Shown one piece after another: positions 13,687-25,880 of a stretch of DNA of 64,000 nucleotides. Location: assembly GCA_951406725.2 (NCBI GenBank), contig OX597817.1, positions 94,426,001-94,490,000 on the forward strand. The letters run 5' to 3'. A program made the position numbers and the translations under genes. Each line of letters begins with the position of its first letter. Positions within the stretch are counted from its first letter, which is position 1. Source of the stretch: Octopus vulgaris (lineage: Eukaryota). The notes under the pieces are model-generated. The model ran no database searches. It worked only from the letters and a program-made list of their open reading frames with translations, and was not told where the DNA came from.

Positions 13687-13738
13687 TGAGAACGTACGTT
13701 TCTAGATTAGTCAACTCGACATTTCTATCATCAGCTCA
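13687..13738 (-). ncRNA. Type I hammerhead ribozyme
   Basis: Minus strand: tgag-CTGATGA-taga(aatgtcgagttgactaa)tcta-GAAAC-gtac-GTT-ctca; palindromic stem III ACGTACGT. Confidence 0.75.
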
Positions 13739-14246
13739 GAACTCCTTGGTTTGGATTTGAAAACACTGAAAGTGGGAGCATACCCTTTCGGCTTCTTATC
13801 GCTTCTGAAGATCTGCTCGAAACTAACAGTGCCAGCAAACTCAAAATATGCAAGCGAAGAATTTCTGCTCTCCCCTTTCCACCAGCGTGGGTTAAAATCA
13901 GTAAACACTATGCTTTTTCGGTAAAATCCGAAGCATTAAATAGAGAGAGATGAATTATAATTTCAACAATTGAGGGTAAAATTAATTAATTATTAATCAA
14001 TTTCACCAAGTATTCAGTATGCAAAGGGACCATTTAAGGCGAATTCAAATTATTACATTATATAAAAGGGCTTAGTAAAATAAATTACTTTGCCACATAC
14101 TGAACTCATTAGAAATAGTAGCTAAAAAAACTTTTTTAAAACTATTTCTAATACTTAAAGAAAATCTCTCTCATATAGTGTTTGCTCAATTCAACCCACG
14201 AAAGTATGGGGGTAAAGACATTAAAAAATCAAATGCAAAGGTTATT

Positions 14247-14296
14247 TGAGAACGTACGTTTCTAGATTAGTCAACTCGACATTTCTATCATCAGCT
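14247..14296 (-). ncRNA. Second copy of the hammerhead, stem I truncated by the inversion junction
   Basis: Identical to 13687-13736, but only 2 bp of stem I remain. Confidence 0.6.
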
Positions 14297-14462
14297 TACC
14301 CTCAATTGTTGAAATTATATACAATATATATATATAAGTATATTATTGTTTTACAATAATATCAAGTGGTATAGTATGTGTAAATAACCATCAAAGTAAT
14401 AAAATAAGGTAAAAAATTGTAGTTGCCTTAATTACTAATTGATATATATATATATACCGCAA

Positions 14463-17048
14463 ATGGAGTTGTTCAATATTAACGCCTCCCTTAAGGATAT
14501 CCCTATACCACCGAAAAAAGCCTTCCTTAAGGAAATTATTAACAAGACCAATGCATTTATCATCCGCATCAGATGGCTCGCCTTCTTCCACGATAATGAG
14601 GACCTAAAACGGACAAGTAACGACGTCTCACTTGAATATAAAAGACTATTTAAGTCAAGGGAACTCCTCCACCTAATCCTAGATTGAAGAAATTCGAAGA
14701 TGATCTTTGGGACATCGTAAAGAATATTAAAGTTCATAAATCACCCCTCAGGAATAAGCACATCAGATACCTCGATAACGTCTCTAGAGATATAAACAGC
14801 TTAGATTCTATCCTGGTCCAATCGGATAAAACCGGCAACATCTATAAGCTTACCAAGAGCCATTATTTAGAACGGCTCGAAAAGGAGATACATAAGAATT
14901 ACAGGACCACCAGTAGGAATACTCTCAGGCAGGCCAACTTAGAAACTAAGCAGATTATGGAGACTTACGGATTACAGATGAAGACGGAACCATTGAACCC
15001 TAGGCAACCCAGATTCATCTTAAAGGACCACAAACAGAACTTTCATACTAACCCAGCATTGCGGCTCATATGCCCTTCCAGTTCAGACATCGGTACCCTT
15101 AGCAAATACATATTAGATAAGTATATCCCTATATTAATTAATAAATTAAAACTTAGCTTATGGTCCAATTCTGTTCAAGTCGTAGATTGGTTTACTTCTA
15201 TTACTGATAAGGCCAATACTAAATTTATCCAATTCGATATATCTAGTTTCTATTCTTCAATCAACCCTATTATACTTAATAAGGCCCTATGGCACGCACA
15301 CAATAAGGCAGGCCTCTCCAGGGAGGAAATTAGTGTGATATTGACTGCTAGGAAATCTTTCATACAGTTCGATAGCAAGTTGTGGGTCCGTAGAGATACC
15401 CCTAATGCGTTTGATGTACTAATGGGAAGTACAGACAGCACCCAGATAGCCGATTTGGTCGGAATTTATATTCTTTATGAAATGGCCGACCAATTCCCGG
15501 ACATCTGTGGAGGTCTTTATCGCGACGATTGTCTGCTTTACCTCCAAAACGTTTCGAACCAAAAAATACAGAAGGTTAAGAACAGATTAGTTAGGTTTTT
15601 TAGTAGAATGGGCTTGCCCATAGTTTTTGACGATGAATTAACTAAAGCCAACTTCTTAGACATTACCCTCAATTTGCAGAATAACTCATACTTCCTTTAT
15701 CATAAACCTTCCACAAATCTTAAGTATATTAGCATTTTCAGTAACCATGCCAGGCCAATTGCCGATAATTTAGTTAAAAACATATCTCTGAGACTGTCCA
15801 AATTATCTGCTAATGTCGACATCTTTAACCAAAAGGCAGACTTCTATAACGCCGCCTTGTTAAGAGCCGGTTATAAGGAGAAAGTGTCATACATCGACTC
15901 AGCTCATTCTAAACCAACATCTGCTTCTCAAGATAGTAAAGTTACTCGTAATAAGAATAATGATGTCAATTCTAATAGTGCCAGCAACCCTGTACATAAA
16001 ATAAATTCTTTACGGACTAGGGGAGGTAAGCGCCATGCAACCCCAAATTTCCAACCCAGAAATTTTCCCCTTACTATCACAAATAACACTAAGAACAATT
16101 CAAAGGCCACAAAAAACTGTATCTGGTTTGTAATACCTTTCGGAAAACAAATTAAATCGAATCTTCCCTTACAGTTCCGTGAAGCCGTTGCTAGGAACTT
16201 TCCCAGAAATTCTAGATATCATTCTATTATCAATTCCCACAAGGTCAGAATCGCTTTCTCTAACACTAGGAATCTTTCACAAATTATATCTTCCCACAAT
16301 ACCAAGCTGCTAAACAAAGATTCTTCACCCGGGAGTTCCAACACTAATCTTGCTAATTCCAACCCATCATACAATCATAATAATAGGAATAGTATTAATA
16401 GTAACAGCATTAGTAGCAGCGAAAGTGTTAACAATGATGATATTAATAATAGTATTAGTCGTGCTACTAACAATGGTAGTGTTGATGATAACAACAATAA
16501 CGGTATTATTGTCGGTGGTATTACTGGTTGTAATACCATTAATAATACTAGTAATAATAGAAATAGTGTAGTTGTTAGCGCTAATAATAATAGTAACAAC
16601 AATCATAACAATAAAAACTTCGTTTCGATCTCGGAGGACAACACCAACGGAATTAAATTTTTGTCTAGTAATTCTAAGATTAAGAATTCTATTTACCAGT
16701 GTAGAATTTCTTCCGGTACCGATGTCTTCTTCTATATAGGAGAGTCCACTTCCCAGTTATCCAAGAGAATTTCAAACCACTATTCAACATTCAGGGATAG
16801 TAAAAAACGACTTAGTACAGGGCTAAGTAAATTAGCTTGGCGTCTTAAAGACAACAATCTAATTTTCAAGTTAGATTGGTTCATACTGTCTGTATCCTTT
16901 CCTTTTGATAAGAGCAGGAGATTTTGTAACATTTGTAACTCTGAAATCTTCCATATTCTTTTCTCTAAGGTTCCCCTAGTAAACACACTCAGAAAAATCA
17001 TACAAATTTAAACACTGGCAGAAACACACTTTCTACTCATATAAATGA
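14463..17048 (+). pseudogene. Penelope-like retroelement ORF (RT + C-terminal GIY-YIG), Naiad-type; two frameshifts
   Basis: ATG at 14463; N-terminal SLKDIPIP...FIIRIRWLAFF; frameshift ~14660 restores FKSR/TPPPNPRLKKFEDDLW. RT motifs SDKTGNIY, KDHK..F...P..RLI, FIQFDISSFYSSI, FDVLMGS.DS, GLYRDD, NFLDITL. GIY-YIG SIYQCRISSGTDVFFYIGES, then CNICNSE. Second frameshift ~16990 restores EKSYKFKHWQKHTFYSYK*. Clade assignment from motif recall. Confidence 0.9.
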
Positions 17049-17331
17049 TAACGATAGTCACTGTGGTTTGAACAATTAGCTTTACGTCCACCCTGCTTCT
17101 ATACAGAAATTATTTCCTAAGCCTTCGAACATTTGGCAGTATGTAGCTTGTTATTCTCTTTAAGTGAAATACACCGAAAAATGGCGACACAGCAGTCAAA
17201 ACATCGTAAAAAATAGGGATTTTCATAGAAAAAAGGCACCTTTTTGATGTAAATAATTTTTGGTGTTAACATGGTTCGATTTGAATTTTTCTTCTACGGA
17301 AGGAAGAGTTAGCCTTCTTCTATCATACTGT

Positions 17332-17460
<129 letters not shown>

Positions 17461-17928
17461 CATACATATTATGATATATATATATATATTAATACGAAAT
17501 ATCCCTCCAGGCTACATCCCGAAAATTCATTTCTTTGCCGAATTTCTTCAATGTTTACGGCGATTCGTTTTTATATCTTGATTTTTTATTTTTCATGCAA
17601 TTTATGCATGCTTGCACGCGTAGTGAACACAGTTCACGTCAAACAGCTGACTGAGTAAAGTTCACTATTCAATGCATGGGATAAGGCCTAAACAAACACA
17701 TTATCTATTTTTGCACTTGCGAGATGAATTTCGGAACAGAAATAGCGCAGTTCAATTTTCATTCGCCTAAACTTTAAGTGAGCCATTTTTGGTGGTTCTA
17801 CGCTTTGTTGGCTAGGAGGAGATGTGCCGGGAAGTTAAACACACAGATACACACACGGACACACAAGTTGAGTTTTATATATATATATTTCTTGTAAGGG
17901 AGCAATAGTATTCAATATGCAAAAAAAG

Positions 17929-19910
<1,982 letters not shown>

Positions 19911-20699
19911 TATACATACACACACACACACAAACACACATACATATATATATAACGTTTTGCATATAATGACAGTACCGTTGTCAGCTTGTAATCATTT
20001 GATTAGACAAGTTCTTGCTTCGTGAAAGCCAACAGCTTGAGTTTTTTACTGTGGCAGTCATGTAATCATATAGTCTAATAATTATAGGTAGAAATCTATA
20101 GTTATAACCCAAAATAGAATAACCACAGATTTTTCATTATTTTGGCATAAATGTCTCCTTTTTCTCTAATCTTCAACATTATGCTATCATCTGCTGGGAA
20201 ACTGATTCCTACCACTGTACATAATTTATTTTTCGTCTCCCAATTCATTATGTGTGTATATGTATATATGTATGTATGTGTGTATGTATATATGTATGTA
20301 AGTATGTATGCGTGTGTATGCATGTATGTATGTGTGTATATGCATGTGTATGCATATATGTTCTGATTTTATTAAATTTCCAGTAACGAGAAACAAAGCA
20401 CTTTTATTGAAATTTAGATGGCATCAACGGATTAATAGTAGATGTATGCATCTATTTGAGTCTGTGTATGTGTGCGCGTGTGTACGTGTGTGTGTATTCT
20501 ATGGATACATTTGAGTGTGTTTGCATACATGCATGTATGTATATGTGTGTGTACACGTTTGTAATTATACATTACGGAAGAAAGAGGAAGGGGGAGCTAA
20601 ATTCGTGCAGCCCCTCCCCAAAATCAAAATGTAAGATTATTCTTTCTATGGATTGCATAGTACAATGTTCTGGTCACGATATCATGCCGATAATACTGT

Positions 20700-21560
20700 G
20701 ATGATGTTTTTGAAGAGCTGCTTATAATGTCTTCATTCCGCACCCATCATCATTTGTCAAACCAAGATGGTTTACTTGCATCTCTATTTCTTTTGGGTAT
20801 CAGATATTTTGTAGTTATTTCCTCTTCCTGTATAGCAAAAGCAAATACTTCAAAGTGACAGCTAATATCCCAGTTGTTGATCCAAGATTAAATACTTTCG
20901 TTATCTAGGTTGCAATCACTTTGATTCTTTTGTAACATAGCCATAAACTTTTGCTCATATGCATATAACTTTTCATTTTATGGTTGTTGCTTTAGATTTG
21001 TGTTTATCATTGGTCATCAGTCAGGAAATAGCTCCCCTCTCTCATGATGTTATCAGTTTCATGTATATATATGCGACCCATTGGATAGAATTCAACATTT
21101 AGTGGCTGCTAGACGTCGTCGAAGGGATGTTGTCAAAGGATGTGTGAATCGATGTTAAGCCTCTCCGACTGTTTACCTTTTCGTTTCGTTTCGACAGTGG
21201 TGAAAGTTTCTGGTGAATGGTCCTGATCTAATCTAGGCACCCAAAAGTTGGTATGAATACTAGTACAGCACATACAATGTAGACTCTGAGAACAGTATTT
21301 TATATCTGGATGTGATATTCCCTGGTTGCGCATTCTTGCTACAAGTTCCATCATGGGATATACTTTCATCCATCCCTAAGTACATCTAACAATTTTCATC
21401 TGATATCGGAGAAATTTGTCCTCACTAAATAGAAAAGGTGATGGTTCTACTCCATATCTTTTATATTCCTGGCATATATTCTCAAATCTTCCACAACGAA
21501 GCAATGTATTAGATTAGTGCTTTATCACCCCCTTAGACAACTACGTATATCTTTCAAATT
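20700..21560 (-). mobile_element. Degenerate RLE-type (R4/NeSL-like) non-LTR remnant
   Basis: Minus strand reads SCHFEVFAFAIQEEEITTKYLIPKRNRD (compare AxQEQ motif before the CCHC knuckle); heavily decayed. Confidence 0.6.
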
Positions 21561-22131
21561 CCTTCACACACACACACACACAGACACACACACACACAAA
21601 TACACACAAACACACACAAAAAAATTACTGAAAGTGTAAGCAACGTCGTTTTTTAAATAAATCTTTGCAATGCAATATCATCTGCTACATATGTGGAAAA
21701 TGGGTGTGTGTTTGTTTGTGATATACAGACGATATAAAGGACGTAAGCACAGGGATGGCCGGCACCACGGAAGAAGGAAGATGTGGGAGGCTGAATTCGT
21801 GCAGCCCCTCCCTAAAATCAAAATGTAAGTACGAATTTCTAAGGAATTTAAGTTAAGATGCATAAATGTGTGTCGCCTAGGGTCGAAATGGAAGCAAACT
21901 TGGGTCTTTGCCTTTTGACCTACAGATTTAAAAAAATATTTTTTTGTAACTAAACACTTCGGACACTGGTAGAATATATCATATAAAACATGATTTACTC
22001 TTAGCATTTTTGTAGAAAAGCTTATATTTACGAAGTAATTTCACCTTAAAGTTCTCGTATTTCGGTAATTTCAACCAATCAATGACGTGTATTCGGCTGA
22101 ATAAAATTATTGCCGTTGTTTGTCAACAACT

Positions 22132-22326
22132 ATCGGCGGCGTATTCTTTGTTTATCACTGTTATTTATGACATCGTTCGGGCGTTTGTACTGGTTTTAAG
22201 GTTTTTAGGGTTAGGGTGTTAGGGTTAGGGTTTTAGGGTTAAGGTTAGGGTTTTAGGGTTAGTGTTAGGGTTTTAAGGTTAGGGTTGTCATAAATAACAG
22301 TGACAAACGAAATATACACCACCGGT
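22132..22326. repeat. Interstitial TTAGGG-like tract enclosed by ~40-bp inverted repeats
   Basis: Nine exact TTAGGG units plus variants at 22195-22285; inverted arms 22132-22172 and 22286-22326. Confidence 0.85.
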
Positions 22327-23027
22327 GTATATACACTCTCTTCTTCCCATTTTCTTTATATCTTCTTCTTGGTGGGAGGTCAACTTTACGTTAGACCCCT
22401 CTCCCTTTATCATATCTTGGTATTTTACAAGCTCCACTTTGTAACCCAATTCATGCTGCTCCAGCAAACTCGGAACAAGAGTAGCCTGTCTTCCCATCGC
22501 TACCGCGTAGCTTTTCACCTCTATTGAAATATCTCTTTTAGCTAAAAACAAAGTCACAAGCCAACAAATAAGGATGGCGTTACACTCATAAGATTCCTTC
22601 TTGATACAACTCACTAATCGAAATCATGAACATTATATGTTTGTAATGTCGTGTTGATCATAATAACGAATTTATCACTAGCTGGAGATTGTTGAATTTT
22701 TTTCGGCTGCTGCTTTCGTGAGTTCGTTTTGTTGTACTTTTAATGTTATGCTTCCACTGTTTTTTGTACTGTTGTTCTGTTGAATTGTTGTTGAACCTGT
22801 GAAACCTCAGTTGTATTGTTAATAGTTATTTTCGCCCTACGGGGCAGACAATTCCGTTATTGTTGGAGAACTGCGAACTTTAATTTTTACCCTTTTGCAG
22901 GATAAAAATTGTTTAAAAATTATTTTTGTAAATGACAATTTTTTGGCAAAAAATATTTTTCGTCAATGTTTGAAAAGCAATTTTTGAAAATTTGTGTGTC
23001 CTGTTAAAGGAATTTTTGTATTCAAGA

Positions 23028-23460
23028 TGGAATTTGACTTAGAATCAATTCTGGACTTCCCAGAGATGGAAAAGACGAAAGAAAAGGAAAAAGAAAGTGA
23101 GAAACATGTTCAGAAAGAAAGACCCAGTTTCTCAGCCGCCGTTGGCAGCAATATGGTGAATTTGAACGTGTCTATGGCGGAATTATTTAAATAGCGGAAT
23201 AGGATTAAGAAAACAGGGAATGATACGAAGTTGCTCCCTTCCCAAGATATAATACAGAATATAGCTGCCAAGACTGTGGTCTATAAGACGTACAATCTTA
23301 AGGAGAAACGGATAATGTTTAAAATGAAGTAATTGAGAAGTGTATGCAACCCATCTGGAATAAAATGAAATACGTCGGACGCGGTATAAGAAGCGATACA
23401 GTGGAGACACAATTTGCTGACGAGAGTACGGCAAAAGAACTGTCGACATTAGCACTGTCC
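23028..23460 (+). mobile_element. Possible decayed LINE ORF1 (L1/Tx1-like) 5' fragment
   Basis: Protein-like broken frame MEFDLESILDFPEMEK...TVVYKTYNLKEKRI / IEKCMQPIWNKMKYVGRGIRSDTVETQFADESTAKELS; no diagnostic motif. Confidence 0.3.
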
Positions 23461-23964
23461 TGTATAATACAATAAAGAACAAAGCGAAACAATTAGTATT
23501 CCATTATATAATAAATAATTTATTCTTGTGCTGGTTTCAGTATTCAGACTCAGGTCATGTTGGGCCGTGGCCTTTTCTTTGACAAAATATAACGATCTGT
23601 ACATCGTAAAATAAAAATGAAGACAAAGCATGTATAACTGTAAACGTAATAAATATACAAGTTATTAATATATAAATATGTAAAATACAAATAAAATTAA
23701 ATAAAGGGAAAATTATTATATTTTGCTCAATTTTGTTTTTCTAAATCGAACAATTTTAGCTTATGTTGAGGTATTTTTCATGTGCGTTTGAGTGTGTGTT
23801 TTTCTTTTTTATAGTAGCATGCACGTTGCGTATCATTTGATTTATACTGCCCCTTCTGGAGACTGTGTTGACGAAATATTTTTCTAAATGCTGAAGGTAC
23901 TTGTTTGAAATTCTCATTGTTTTCTCTCCTATCCACCGAACTATCCACCGAATGGAGCTAGAGG

Positions 23965-24018
<54 letters not shown>

Positions 24019-24021
<3 letters not shown>

Positions 24022-24240
24022 CAAAATAAGCAACAAGGATATTCAGAGGTAATGCAGTACGATCGTTTCATGCGACTCCATTTAATTGAACTGGAACGAT
24101 CGTACTGCATTACCTCTGGATATCCTTGTTGTTTATTTTGATTGTAATCACCTCATTTTGAATTATATGGATAATACCATACCAAATTCTGGTGCCTTTA
24201 ATTTAGATACCATATTCAACTGAATCTAAATTTTACTGAA

Positions 24241-24243
<3 letters not shown>
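24019..24243 (+). mobile_element. PLE pseudo-LTR with inverted 5' end, in (TA)n
   Basis: Inverted arms 24019-24070 and 24092-24143. Both arms carry the hammerhead 3' half (GAAAC-GATC-GTA-ctgca on the minus arm). Homologous to 3660-3815; (TA)n on both sides. Confidence 0.75.
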
Positions 24244-24279
<36 letters not shown>

Positions 24280-24284
24280 GTACA

Positions 24285-24390
24285 CGTGAACTGGAGTGCT
24301 CAGCTACTTACACGTTAATTTCACGAGCAGGCTGTTCCGTTGATTGGATCAACTGGAACCCTCGTTGTCGTAACCGACGGAGTGTCACGA
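24285..24390 (+). mobile_element. SINE/LINE 3'-tail fragment
   Basis: Ends in gtcgtaaccgacggagtg, similar to the gtcgtgaccgaaggg tail of the SINE at 45641-45980. Confidence 0.4.
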
Positions 24391-24686
24391 TATATGTATA
24401 TACACACACACACACACACACATCTCTCTCTATATATAAACGGCAGTTTGTCTGTCTTTGTGTCTGTGTGTCTGTTTGGTTGTACCCTCACTCTGACCAC
24501 GACTTTCAACCGATTCTGATGAAACTTGACACACACATAGCCCAATGTCATAATTCAAAACTAACGCAGGGAAAATTTTGAAAAGTTCCCCCAGTTCTGA
24601 AAAAAATCGGTAAATTCGACATGGGGTCGAGAATCAGAAACACAAACCACAGACTGTCTAGGGGACGCAACTCGACATTTTTAACT

Positions 24687-24943
24687 CTGACCTACCAATC
24701 CACTTCAGGCGTTCTCAGTTTCCTGTTAAACTCTGCTTCGCAATGTCCATCAATAAATCCCAAGGCCAAACGCTACAAGTCGCTGGGTTACAGTTAGGCG
24801 AACAGTGCTTCGCCCACGGTCAACTCTATGTGGGCTGTTCACGCGTTGGGAGGCGCAATGATGTTTTCATGTTTTTGCCCAAAGGGACAGCTAGGAACAT
24901 CGTATACACAGAAGTATTCGAGTGAAGAGAAGACATTGCAACC
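24687..24943 (+). repeat. 257-bp internal copy of the Helitron's own helicase 3' end
   Basis: Matches 30442-30698 with three substitutions seen; explains ORF 24743..24925. Confidence 0.95.
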
Positions 24944-25756
24944 CACAAAATCGATAAACTCGGCATGGGGTCGAGAATCTAAGCTTTTTATATGCAACAC
25001 ATTTTCTATGGTAGTTTTCGCAACTTGCAATCGATTTTCACAAAACTCATGGGGAAGCTTAATGTTACCCTAAGAAACTCAATTCTGACGTTAGTTTTCC
25101 ATGCAATACCTTACCATCAGAAACAATCGATAAAATCATGCCATTTTGGGAAATCGCGTTCAAATTCAAGATGACATATTTTCGACAATATCTTTCACAA
25201 ATTGGCAGGAATTTTTTTTTTAAATTCACAGCGAGCATCATGTCTGCTCCAAGGAGCTATATGGCCCTTTTTATTCCAATAGGATACATTATTGGAAAAA
25301 ATCGGTTAATTAAATCATATGTGACACACATAGCAAACCGATTTGTGTATTAAACACAAACCAGACTATCTAGGGGACGCAACTCGACCTTTTTAGCTAT
25401 CGATAATTCGATCCAACCAATTCCTACCAGGAAGAAATTACATTCGAGACTTCACCCCCAACACCGCCACTTCTGCTAATAGCTGCTGCAGCCGCAAGTT
25501 ATTCGAATACTTATTTTGTTTACACTTTCTTTATAACTACCACCCCAAACGTTTTACCTTAAATTTTTGACGTACCCTAAGGGTCCTCGGACGCTACTTG
25601 CAAACTCTTGGTTTATTATAAGCCGCTTTTGTCGTGTGCAACACAAAAACTTTTCCATTCGTTTGTTCAGTTTGGTCACTTTTAACTTTTTCGTTGTTGT
25701 CACTCACATTGCTGCCCGCTTTTTTGCCGTTTTTGTACATTTTTATACATTTTGGG

Positions 25757-25880
25757 ATACTTACCCCACGTGCTCCTTTTTATTACACCTTTACCAAACA
25801 CATTGCTATCAACCAAAATACTTGCCCCACGTGTTCCTTTTTATTACACCTTTGCCAAACACATTGCTATCCACCAAAAT
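25757..25880 (+). repeat. 61-bp tandem duplication immediately upstream of the RepHel ATG
   Basis: atacttaccccacgtgctcc...caaccaaa repeated from 25818 as atacttgccccacgtgttcc...ccaccaaaATG. Confidence 0.9.

Larger units (their letters stand above)
13491..14318 (-). mobile_element. Partial tandem PLE pseudo-LTR array with short inverted terminus
   Basis: 246-bp identical direct repeat 13491-13736 = 14051-14296 (period 560). 14296-14318 is the reverse complement of 13956-13979. Each copy carries a hammerhead core. (TA)n lies on the left and a short TA run on the right. Confidence 0.8.

Noticed and set aside
13711-13908. 65-aa minus-strand ORF with RW...FKS..P resemblance to a PLE N-terminus
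   Set aside because: Similarity is too weak and the ORF runs into the hammerhead; treated as non-coding pseudo-LTR.
16350-16606. Hydrophobic Ile/Leu/Val ORFs resembling membrane peptides
   Set aside because: Alternative frames and antisense of the AAT-rich PLE linker.
22195-22285. True telomere or chromosome fusion site
   Set aside because: Only ~90 bp, degenerate, single orientation and enclosed in repeat arms.
25567-25878. N-terminal extension of ORF 25567..27684
   Set aside because: Starts at TTG and spans the 61-bp duplication; ATG 25879 (MPPKKRR) is the plausible start.
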